64,000 nt of DNA from Strigamia acuminata (lineage: Eukaryota): positions 20,770,001-20,834,000 of the forward strand of contig OX442314.1 in NCBI GenBank assembly GCA_949358305.1, given 5' to 3'. Below are positions 43,132 to 53,339 of the stretch, one piece after another; within the stretch, counting starts at the first letter, position 1; each line of letters begins with the position of its first letter. The notes under the pieces are model-generated. The model did not search any database, was not told the origin of the DNA, and was given only the letters and a program-made list of their open reading frames with translations. The position numbers and the translations under genes are program-made.

Positions 43132-46100
43132 TAAACAAATTAATTTTTTATTTCTTAATATTAAATATCCACACACTTTTTCTATGGAAATAACTTATAT
43201 TTTCCTTTTTAAAACTGTACACTAAATTATGAAAGGATCACTGTAGACAAGGCTATATTATCACCTGTTGATGTCTGGTGTTTCACCTAGTGGCAAAACA
43301 CGGAATTACTCACAATTTCAATTGCCAGCACAGAGTGAGGGTCCAGTTTTTTTGAACACGACTGTACTTCAGAGTTCCAAGCTCTTTGATTTCAAAACAT
43401 TTACGCAGTCTCTTTTTGATTTTTCGACACATGTTTTCCGATTGTCCGGCTATCACCATGTCGTCGACGTAAACCCCGATAATTCCGCGTTCGTTTCCTA
43501 TTTGAATCCAATAAACACACGCGTCGGAAAAACAACGTTTGAAACCCTGTTTCTCGAGTTCCTCGTCCAACTTGTCATTCCACGCACGTCCTGATTGTTT
43601 TAATCCGTATAACGACTTGATCAGTCTGCACACTTTATTTTTCCATTTTCCCACTAAGCCTTCGGGAATTTCCATGTAGACTTCTTCTTCGAGTATACCA
43701 TTTAAGTATGCTGTCGTTACATCAACTTGTTCCAATACCCAACCCAAAATTACAGCTGTGGCAATTATGAGTTGCATCGTCGCAATTCACGCCACTGGAG
43801 AATGTCTCGGTATAATCATGACCGTAGCGCTGTGTAAATCCTTTGGTCACTAAGCGCGCTTTATACCGCTCTACCGAACCATCTGGGTTTTGTTTGACTC
43901 GAAACACCCACTTACAGCCAATCGCTTTGCTGTCTTTTGGTAAATCCGTAATCTCCCATGTTTCATTCTTGTGCAAGCTGTTTGATTCGTCATCTATTGC
44001 GGTTTGCCATTTCGTTGCATCCTTGGAATTCAATGCCTCTTGGTAGGTGGAAGGTTCTTCAAAATGACAAAACATTGCTGTTCCTATCAAATCCTCTTCA
44101 TCTTCTTCCTCTGCATCTTCCGTTTCTGCAACTTCCGGTTCCGCTTGTTGTTGCACCTGACTTCGGAGAATCATTTTTGTTGGTTCGTATTGTTTTTGAA
44201 CGGCTTCAGCTTTTGTCGGTCGTCCACGTTTTGGTTTCGCCGCTGGCGGAACTTGTTTCGGTTCGTCGAAAGTGAGAGTCATTACTTCCTTCGCGTCCAG
44301 TTCATCCGTTTCGTTGAATCCGAACTCATTTTCTTTGAACATGACGTCACGTGAAGTCATCACTTTTCTTTTCTTGGTATTCCACAACCGATATGTCTTC
44401 TTCCCGGCTGAATACCCAAGAAATATGCATTTTTCTCCGCGATTGTCCAATTTTCTTCTTTTGGGCGCGGGAACGTGCATCACTGCGTTGCAGCCAAACA
44501 CTCTTAAGTGTTTCACGGATGGCGTCCGCCCGTACCAAACTTCATACGGCGTTTTCCCAGTGATTTGTGTCACTGTCCGGTTTCTCACGTAAACTGCAGT
44601 GCTGACTGCTTCAGCCCAAAAATCTGCACTCAATTGCGTTTGGATCAAACTTGACCGCACCAGATCCAGCAATGTCCGGTTTAACCTCTCAGAAACTCCA
44701 TTTTGTTCTGGGGTGTACACTGCGGTGCGTTGATGAGAAATTCCTTTCTCCTTCAGGAAACGATCAAATTCTTCGTTGCAGTATTCGAGCCCGTTATCCG
44801 TTCGCAAGGCTTTTATTTTCTTCCCCGTTTTTCTCTCCATTCTCGTCATGTAATCTTGAAATTTTTCAAGCGCTTCAGATTTGTGGGTCAGAAAGTAGAC
44901 ATCTATTTTCCTTGACTTATCATCAATAAACGTAAGGTAGTAACGATGCCCTCCCTTGCTCTTTGTTTGTAGTGGACCCGCAATGTCCGAATGGATCAAA
45001 TCCAGTACTTCGGGTGCCAACTTCCGTTCTTCCTTGTTGAACGGTTTTTGGGTGGATTTTCCTTGGAGACATGAATCACATTTGCTGATTGCATCTTTGT
45101 TGATCTCCAATCCCCTGACTTTGTCTTTTTCGGCCATCTTTTGTAGACTGTCCAAAGACACGTGCATGTATCTTTGATGCCATATCTCGTTTTTGGTCGC
45201 CTCTTTTGTCGCCATCATCTCGTGATGTGACGCCTCGTTGACCAGATACATTCTGTTTTCTCTCTTCGCTCGAAGAATCACGACATCCTTTGAATTCATC
45301 ACGTTGCAAAATCTGTTCTTGAATGACAACCAGTAGCCTTTTGCTTCCAGTTGCGCGACGGAGAGTAAATTCATCGTCACTTCCGGCACGTAAAGTACTT
45401 CTTTTAAAATCGTTGGTACTGTCTGCCCATCATACACGAAATCTACGTTGATGTCCCCTTGAGCTTCTACTTTGACCTTCTTTCCGTTTGCGATATTTAT
45501 TTCCGCCACTTTGGGATTTTGAAGTTCCAAAAATTTCCCTTTCTGCGCTGTCATGTGATGACTCGCCCCTGAATCGATCACCCAAACGTCCTTATCCGCT
45601 CGCGCCGCAAATGCCGACATAACATTGGCCTTCTTGTGGTCACTGGAATTCTTGGACTCGGCGCTTCTTTCCTTCTTAGGCTTGTGGCAGTCCCGCGCAT
45701 AATGGCCAAATTTGTTACAATTCTAACATTTGATCTTTTTAAGATCACGTTGCTGTGGAATCTTGTTCGCAATTAGCACAGCCGAATCCCGTTTGGTATT
45801 GTCTGAAGTCTCTCTTCTTGAAGACTCCGCCAATATCATGTCTTTTATTTTGTTCGACGTGAAATCCGCTTTTGCAATCGTGTGTACTGACGTAATCAGT
45901 CCTTCGTATTCTTTGGTCAAACCACATAACATGGCCCAAGCCAAATCTGTGTCCCCGACCGTTTGGCCTGCATTCGTTAATCTCTCGGAGCATTCGGACA
46001 CTCTCATGCGATACTTGTCCATATTTTCACCGGTTTGCTTCACTGTTGAGTAAAGTTCTCGGCGAAGTTGGACGATGCGTAACGAGTTCGTCGGTTCGTA

Positions 46101-46920
46101 GACTTCTTTCAGTCGATCCCAAGCTTCTTTTGGACTTTTCAACCCCCGTATATGAGACTGTTGCTGCGTTTTAATAGTCAGACCGATTATTGAAAAAGCT
46201 TTGTTGGTCAACTCTGACAATTTCGTTGGATCAGCTTCTTTTTCTGTCCCGTCCATTACATTCCAAAGTTTCTTCTCGGTTAGTAGCAGTTTGACACTAA
46301 ATGCCCATGACAAATAGTTAAACCCGTCCATTTTTTCAATCCCGTAGGACGTAATGCCTAATGATGACGTCGTGTCTGTCATCTCGTCTCGGAAAATTTT
46401 CAAAATTGCAAATAGCACAGACTGTTGTCAGTTTCAAACAATTTTCCCCCAAAATAGCAACAACAATTGAAACAAACTTAATGCTATCTTAAATCTACAA
46501 CAAAGCTTCGTTGCGCAGATCCTAACAATACAAGTTTTAAACAATTGCATGCACAAATAGTTCGTTTTGCTTCAATAATGGCGTCGTTTTCTTCTCGTTT
46601 TGGTTGCACGTGCAGTTTGAAAATGGCGTCGTTCGAATCCCGTTCGTTGCAAACTCGTTGAAAATTATGCCTTTCGTCCCTTATGGCTCATGAAGCTAAT
46701 TACTAGTCGAAAATAACTCACAGTTCTCGACCTCGTTTGCGTCCTCGTTCGATTTAGGCTCGTCTTGCCACACGTTCGATTCCGCTCGTTTTTCCGTTTT
46801 CTCGGAACGTCTGCCGCACGTTCGAATCGTCTGCCGTACGTTCGAATCGTCTCGTCGTGCCGTGGAAACGTTCGTCTACCTTTTCGATATTCGTTGGACA
46901 CACCCGCGCTGCTTAACGTC

Positions 46921-46934
46921 CTGGACCCATAACC
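46921..46934 (-). other. Primer-binding site GGTTATGGGTCCAG (tRNAi-Met half-molecule type)
   Basis: One base different from the Drosophila copia PBS GGTTATGGGCCCAG and located just inside the 5' LTR. Confidence 0.8.
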
Positions 46935-46938
46935 AATT

Positions 46939-47146
46939 TGTTATGCTGGGGCATCACGTTGAAATAAAGGAGAGGTTTTTAAAGTGGAAAACAAAACACA
47001 CGTCTTTACTCGTGGGTAAAATACAAGCAAGTGAGGAGTAAATACAAAATTGTCATGGTAACGCTTTTACAACAATGTAACAGTATGATATAGCAATAAC
47101 ACGTTCTTCAACAATGAACTCAACATTACATTAACATAACTTAACA
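46939..47146 (-). repeat. 5' LTR of the copia element
   Basis: Followed on the minus strand by the PBS. Confidence 0.95.
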
Positions 47147-47573
47147 ATTTTCCAATTCATGCATTTATTAAACACGATCGGAAGAAAGACCGGGCGGCAC
47201 TAAATTGTTACGGTGGCGTTTACCAGGGTTGGTACCGAGCATTGGTATGCTTTAGAGTTTTGTTTCGAAGGTTTAAGTGCCAAGCCTGATATTTTGTAAA
47301 GATCCAGCTATATTGTTTGGTCCGTGTTGTAATACTTATTGCTTTAACAATTAACCGTAATTCTGTGATAAAATTCAATTTGACAAATAAAACAATTGAA
47401 ATATGACATAAACAATTTAAATGGCGCGCTAAGCAGCAGAGGAATTATTTGGAAACATTTCAAGGACATTCCTGTTTCCGTTGAACTCGAATGAGTTATC
47501 AAGTTATAACTCATTCCGCTCAAATAGTTTCACTTTTGTTTGACACTCTACCTGTCTACCCGTTGTGGTAACC

Positions 47574-48749
47574 ATGGCTCGCCTTCAACTTGTTTGTTTC
47601 ATATCACTCGTTTTGACTCCATCATTGGCTAAATACCAAGAAACATTCCAGGCTTCTTTTGTATCTCCTGGATTTCCATACATCAAATTAGGTCCAACCA
47701 TTCCTGAACCACTGAAGGAACTTACTTTGTGTTTTTGGGTCAGACCGCATAACCACTCATCGAACGTCTCTATGACCGTTGTATCTTACGCACACCCCAA
47801 GAGATCCGATGAGCTTGTATCTGGACTTGTAACTGGAAGTGGAGGTAGTTTAATAATTCCAAGATTATTATTTATTTCAAGAAAAATATCACAGTTTTAT
47901 ATTTTATAACACTAGTCTTTTTCCATCGCCAAAAACGCGATAAGAATGTGAGTCCAGCTCATTCCATCCACAGCGTATATGTTGGTCAATGGACTCACAT
48001 TTGCATCACCTGGTCATCTCTTACGGGCACAACTCGTATTTTCATCAATGGGCACCAGGCTAATACTGTTTCAGATATTGCTTTTGGCGAAGTTGTAGAA
48101 ACCGGTGGCCTGTTAGTTCTCGGTCAACGGCTGGTATCTCACACTTGTAAATTTTTTCAACTAAAAGAATAAAAATTTCAACAAAAAAATTACATCCTCA
48201 GAAAAAGATGCTAGCTCACTTTCATCACACAGCATGGAGTTCAATCATTAAGTCGCCCACGTTTCGTCGCCGATCATTTCGTCGCCATTGGAAAGGTATT
48301 TTGACGTTCCAATGGAAACGTGTGTATTGAAATTCGCCATTGGGAACGTTATTTGCATTTCCAATGGCGAATCTGTGGGCGTCATCTACCGCGACTCCCA
48401 ATTCCTAAGAAGGGCTAACAACTGGTTTTTTGGTCCAAAACCATTTTTTTGCATCGGCTTGTCGCGGCAGATTCATGTCGCGCTCCTGTGGCTAATTTCT
48501 ACCAATTCGCTATTAGAAAGGTCCAAATACGTTCCCAATGGCAAATTGGGAGAAATTTGCCATTGGGACTGCTTTTGGACTGAATAAGGTCTAAATTCGC
48601 CATTCGTCCGAATGGCCAGATTCGCCCTTAGACGATTCGCCGTTGGAACGGCACCCCGAAATATTATTTCTTGGTCAAAAAGTCGAAAAATATTTTATAG
48701 TGGCTTGCAGATTTCATCAGTACGACTTCCATGTGGCAAATGTCAATAA
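47574..48749 (+). pseudogene. Pentraxin copy C, a close paralog of copy D, broken by deletion, inversion and insertion
   Basis: Near-identical to 60841-61701 up to LVLGQ (48127). 48128-48258 is the reverse complement of about 61442-61594, and foreign DNA fills 48259-48657. The gene resumes at NIISWSKSRK. Confidence 0.88.
48259..48657. mobile_element. One-ended DNA transposon fragment with TTCGCC/GGCGAA subterminal repeats
   Basis: Absent from paralog D; contains repeated TTCGCCATTGG-like motifs and ends in GGCACCCC. Confidence 0.55.
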
Positions 48750-48934
48750 CTTCACAAGGATACAAAATTTTAAGAAATGTAACTTTAAGTCTGAATAAAC
48801 GCTTTTAGAAACTCAGTCGGTTAATTTTAATGTTGGACATAAGAAAGAAAAGGCTGAAGCTGTTGCATGAGCATATTTATATGCAGGAAATATATTAATA
48901 ACTAATTGGGCATTTGTTAATAATTATTCGTCAG

Positions 48935-49343
48935 GGTTATCACTCATCTGCTACAATTACAGCGACTTTACAAAGAAAAAAGGCTGCAAAGACGATGTAA
49001 CGCATTGTACGGCGAAAGGCGCAAACCCAGTTTGCGTGACATCAGTCATACACGCTCGTGGTAAAAAAAGTAAAGATAAAATTATAAAAACTGAAATTTA
49101 AAATTTAAAATGCCAATATTAAATAATTTGATTTTAGTTACGATAAAAGATTGCGAAAATAATAATCCGTTGAGAAAATTTACCGTCGGATGCGAATCGG
49201 AAGTAAACCTTGGAGTAAAAGTCGAAGTTTGCACGTGCACCGCCGATTTATGCAACAATGCCAACACCAAAGAAACGACTAGATCGCGTATTATTTCTCT
49301 CATATTCGTGGCTGCTTTAATTCACTATGCGAAAGTGGCTTAG
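48935..49343 (+). pseudogene. Ly6/uPAR three-finger (quiver/sleepless-like) gene fragment 1, two exons
   Basis: LICYNYSD...GC...C...VC / KDC...GC...CTCTADLCN followed by a hydrophobic GPI-type tail. Has a Cys->Tyr change versus the copy at 55775, and no signal-peptide exon was found. Confidence 0.7.
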
Positions 49344-49660
49344 CGTAGCAAAGGGGGTGCGGTAGGGGCCGCACCCCCCCAGACGCCACGTGTTTGGGGC
49401 GCGTGCGATCCCTAAATTTGAATCATTTTGCTTTAAAACCTTTATTGATGCTTGTGACAATTTAAAATAAAATTTTAAACTTTAAATTTACAATTACACG
49501 GCAAAAATAAAATTTACATTTCCAAAGTTTATACAGATTTTTCCTCGATAATTATGGGTTGTAGGTTTGATATTACACAACAAACGAACATTATTTTATC
49601 CATTAAAGTTCAGGGATCGGCAACCTGCGGCTCTTTCGGTGGCAAGATGCGGCTCTCCAA
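49333..49660 (+). mobile_element. Stacked DNA-transposon end fragments (AGTGGC..GTAGC/GCACCCC type, and hAT-like CAGGGATCGGCAACCTGCGGCTC at 49611)
   Basis: Typical terminal motifs; partner ends were not found. Confidence 0.4.
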
Positions 49661-49802
49661 AAAACGGCGTCGCTAAAACGGGCGTCGCTAAAGTGAAGTG
49701 CATGCCTCCAGTTATATACTTTAGCGACGCCGTTTTCTAACCTAATTATTAATCCTAACCTAATCTGACCTGACCTAACCAAACTAACCTAAACTGACCT
49801 AA

Positions 49803-50089
49803 ACTGCATACTTTTGAATTTTTGGAAGGCTTCCAGAGTGATCCATCATTTCTGAAGTTAAGGTCTATGGATTGAATGTTTGAAAACTATTATTTAAATG
49901 AACTTACGATTCGCGACGACAAGCCTGTATCCATTTCAGTCTTCTTACTTGTTCCCATGGTTTATTTGGGAATGCATATAAATGCAGTAATGGCATTTTC
50001 TCCGTAGAATTTTTATACGTGTTGTTGCAACTAACCACACAACAATTGTGTTTGCTTTTGCTCACTTTTATCCTGTTTGTAGAAGCCAT
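49803..50089 (-). pseudogene. Truncated two-exon THAP zinc-finger coding sequence
   Basis: MASTNRIKVSKSKHNCCVVSCNN...YAFP...RRLKWIQACRRES|NDGSLWKPSKNSKVCS with a GT-AG intron at 49852-49907; cut before the final His by TTAGG-like repeats. Confidence 0.75.
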
Positions 50090-50605
50090 GATACGATGCA
50101 CGAAAAATCAAAATATATTCCGACAAACTAACTGTATTTTGTTTTGGACATCAAATCTCCAAATACGACTGCTTTTATCATTGAAACAACTCAGAATTAA
50201 AGATGGATTCGAGTTAAATACCTCCAAACCGAGAAAGATGTCGAAATTACCGATAAAAGTCACGCAATATTGACTGTCAAATCCCGTGTTAGAGTTAGGG
50301 ATAAGCCATGGTGGTACTTATTTTTACCACGAGATGTCTCGCGCATACCCCAGCAAACACACCTGCCCGGATCCGAAAAAGCGGTATATTACCAGCAACA
50401 GATCGGGCTTAATGAAAGATTCAAAGAACAACACAAAAAGCAAAGATCTGGGAAAAATCCAGACCGGAGAACAATAGGGATTAGTGGCAACAAATTGGAC
50501 ACAAGAATCCATGGATTCGCAGGTCACTCTAGGGATTAGCGGGTTCGGACCTTGCAGAGCATTAGGTCCAAAAGTTACAGAAACATATAAGAAAACAAGC
50601 AGGGA

Positions 50606-51381
50606 TTTGTAATGCAAGGAAGCATTACACATTAGACTTCTAAACCCATTTCATTTTAATATCATCATTCAATATTTATTAAATGTTAAGTTCCAAATGC
50701 TTTCTCGCCCAGAACGCTGCTTAATACGTCGGCGGCGGGATGGAAACAGATTGCGAACAACGAACGTACGTGTGACACGTCAACTGTTGCAAATCGTCCG
50801 CACTGAAATCACGGGATTTAACTCGTCGCAAATGCGCGATGTAGAGGTCACGCAGAAAGTCCGTCTGTCCCAAGTCTAAAGCTTGGTTCACACTTGCTGA
50901 TATGCTGCGGAATTGTTGCATCCGGGGTTTGCTACAATCGGGAAATAAATCGCGCAAAAAAGTAGAAAATATTTCTAGTTTGATTTTTTTTCGCAGCCAA
51001 TCACAGCTCATTTGCAGCAAACCCCGGATGTAACGTATCCGCGGCGTATCCGCAAGTGCATAATAGTATTATTACTATTACTATTATGGCAAGTGTGAAC
51101 CGTCTTCCATGAAAATTACGGAAATGACGTCGTCATGATGACGTCATTTCCGTAATTTTCATGGAATACACGGCTAAAAATGCACTAAAACCGGTTTATT
51201 AATTCAACCGGAGGTCGGAGAAATCTGAAAATACCTTAGGATACTAATATAGGTATGCTCGATTTAATGCCGTTGTCCGTTTCGCTCTAGCTGCGGTAGT
51301 TTTTGCGGAATCGTTGACGACGGACGGACAGACATGACCGTTCCATGAGACGTTCTAAACATAGAGTTTAGAAGTCTAAAA
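50606..51381 (-). mobile_element. DINE-1/HINE-like non-autonomous Helentron
   Basis: Minus strand: T-run, subTIR TTAGACTTCTAAAC, partial IR GTTTAGAA, GTCY microsatellite (51319-51333), 3' subTIR (50632-50645), and a terminal stem-loop TGTAATGC-N6-GCATTACA (50608-50629). Confidence 0.75.
50885..51101. mobile_element. Palindromic MITE (PIF/Harbinger-like ends GGTTCACACTTGC) nested in the HINE
   Basis: GGTTCACACTTGC ... GCAAGTGTGAACC, plus internal inverted CATCCGGGGTTTGCT / AGCAAACCCCGGATG. Confidence 0.5.
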
Positions 51382-51666
51382 TGAAGTTTCTCATTTAAAT
51401 TTATAAAATTCATTGCGTTTTTTGTTTTTATATTGCTGTATTACATTTACCATTATTTTTATTTATTTATTTATTTATTTATTTTCAAATATTGAAAATA
51501 AAAAAGTTATTTTAACGGGAAACGTCGAGTGTACATTCTCGCTTGGACGAACACTGTGTTCGTCCAAGGTTCTCGTTACGTCCTGTTTTCGTCACCCCTT
51601 ATCCTTCTATATATAACCACCCCATCTCATTTCGATTTCAATTCATCTCCGGTGTTAGTTCGCAAG

Positions 51667-52986
51667 ATGCCACACAGCAAATCAGCATCGAGTCTGGAAC
51701 GATTATGTTTTGAAATGGTTTGCACTAATGTTCATAGATTAGAAACACAACTGGTAAATCTACCTTCTACGTTTATTTCCAGCGTGTGTCAACGTATAGG
51801 TCCGTATTTTTATCATGATACCTGGGATAATGTACGACGCTTATCTTCAGACGCTTTCATTCGCCCTGGCACCAAGTCGATTCATCATACTGATATGTTT
51901 GATTTGCCCTTGTATCCTTTTCTATTAGATAGAGTAGGGCGATTTGGCGGAAACCTTTTACATTTAGACCTGGCCAGTAGGTCTGGTGTGAAACTTCCAC
52001 CTGAATACATGGTCAAACTGCTGGAGCAATTGCCACGACTTCAATGGTTTCTTTTTGGAGATAATACGGAAGCATGCACTGAAGAAGTTATTGTTGCAAT
52101 TGGTGAAAATTGTCTGCAATTGCGACATCTAGAGTTAAGAGACTGCAAAAAGGTTACGGATGATGTGCTCTGTCATTTAAGAAATTGCAAAAAACTGGAG
52201 TATTTGGACCTCTGGAACACTAGTGTCACGTGTGATGGGTGTCTTTTCATTTTAAATCAACTGGCTCTTTTAAAAAAATTTTTCCATTGCCAGTGGAGAA
52301 GTTTTTTTAATCGGTTAAAACAACAGTTCGAGTCGGAGAAAAAGGTGCGCACTTATTCCATTGAAACAATCGGTGCAAGTATAAAAAATATTGAAGATTT
52401 CATCACTGTCACCACCATTTTCCCAAACTTATCAAGCATAAACGTGGATGCATCGGTAGCATCGACTATTTTAGATTTGAATATTGTCTTGGCGCGGGCA
52501 CAACGATTGACCCTTTTAGAGCTCTCTCATTTTAAATTAGTTGATCTTAAACTCGTCGATTATTATTGCCCATTGTTAAAAGAATTAGTTTTGAAAGATT
52601 GCACTATTTTGAACAGTGCTGCATACGATTTAGCTTTGCGAAATTTGTTCAGAAACCTGTGTCGAGTAGACATAGATGGGGATGGAATTACTGAATCACA
52701 GATGTTAGTCTTATTAACTCAAAGTTTAGACAGTTTAATTATTAGGCATTGTCAAACACTCACTGACAAGTTCATTTCAGCTGAATTGTATAAAATTAGA
52801 GTTCTGGTATTTATTTCATGTCCCTCAATTAATCAAAGCGTGATAACCAAGTTAGTAGAAACGAAAAATCCAATAGAGCATTTATTAATATTCCATTGTT
52901 TAAATTTTGGTTTGTCGGTTCATGAAAAAATTGCCACTTATATTAAATCTAAGAACTTGAATTTGTCACATCATTGGCGACCATAG
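51667..52986 (+). CDS. Intronless cysteine-containing LRR protein with an N-terminal BC-box-like motif (putative Elongin BC/Cul2 receptor), 439 aa
   Basis: Uninterrupted ORF from ATG 51667 (MPHSKSASSLERLCFEMV...LVNLPSTF). LRRs include CLQLRHLELRDCKKVTDDVL and CKKLEYLDLWNTSVT. AATAAA near 53065. Confidence 0.75.
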   Translation: MPHSKSASSLERLCFEMVCTNVHRLETQLVNLPSTFISSVCQRIGPYFYHDTWDNVRRLSSDAFIRPGTKSIHHTDMFDLPLYPFLLDRVGRFGGNLLHLDLASRSGVKLPPEYMVKLLEQLPRLQWFLFGDNTEACTEEVIVAIGENCLQLRHLELRDCKKVTDDVLCHLRNCKKLEYLDLWNTSVTCDGCLFILNQLALLKKFFHCQWRSFFNRLKQQFESEKKVRTYSIETIGASIKNIEDFITVTTIFPNLSSINVDASVASTILDLNIVLARAQRLTLLELSHFKLVDLKLVDYYCPLLKELVLKDCTILNSAAYDLALRNLFRNLCRVDIDGDGITESQMLVLLTQSLDSLIIRHCQTLTDKFISAELYKIRVLVFISCPSINQSVITKLVETKNPIEHLLIFHCLNFGLSVHEKIATYIKSKNLNLSHHWRP

Positions 52987-53339
52987 TAAAACCTCCGAAT
53001 ATTGACATCCAATTCCATTGTTGTTTTGTACTGTTTTGCCAGTGTTGGTTTTTTAGAAGTGAGAATAAAGTGTTCAATTAAAAATTACTCCATAACATTT
53101 TTCTGTAATATTTTCAGTTTTGTGTTTGATTTATTTTAAGTTTCGTTTTTTTGTGTATTTTCCAAGTCTGTTGCAGGTATCAACTGAGACCACAACTTCA
53201 TAAACAGGCTAAAAGTTTGTGATACTTTTGAATTTCTTCTTCATTTGCAAGAAATGATCCGATACCTCTTTTCGGTAACGGACAAGGCTGTGGACCTTAT
53301 TACGAAATGACTTGCAATACTCGTACACATACAGGTATA

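Larger units (their letters stand above)
40584..43364. mobile_element. 2781-bp non-autonomous foldback-like DNA transposon inserted in the copia RT
   Basis: TA on both sides (40582-83, 43365-66). About 235-bp near-identical TIRs start CAGTCGTGTTCAAAAAAACTGGACCC and continue into inverted 20-bp arrays. Excising it restores RT GTLKY|MLGIEF. No transposase ORF. Confidence 0.93.
39720..46418 (-). pseudogene. Copia gag-pol polyprotein, disrupted
   Basis: Gag with a CX2CX4HX4C knuckle containing TAG (45723-45725); protease WVIDSGASHHM; integrase WHQR...HSDI, RTDNGLEY, PEQNGVSER; RT GCKWVF, RYKARLV, YGLKQS, YVDD; RNase H ADADWA, SKHIDVRYH. Also a frameshift and TGA near 43790-43800 and a TGA at 40281. 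Confidence 0.93.
39493..47146 (-). mobile_element. Full-length Ty1/copia LTR retrotransposon, defective, with a nested insertion
   Basis: 208-bp TG...CA LTRs at 39493-39700 and 46939-47146. 5-bp TSD ATTTT (39488-39492 and 47147-47151). Domain order gag-PR-IN-RT-RH. PBS and PPT are present. Confidence 0.97.

Noticed and set aside
43843..46053. Multiple plus-strand ORFs within copia
   Set aside because: Antisense shadows of gag-pol.
50150..50600. Coding-like stretch between THAP and the HINE
   Set aside because: No recognisable motif in any frame; it cannot be assigned without a search.
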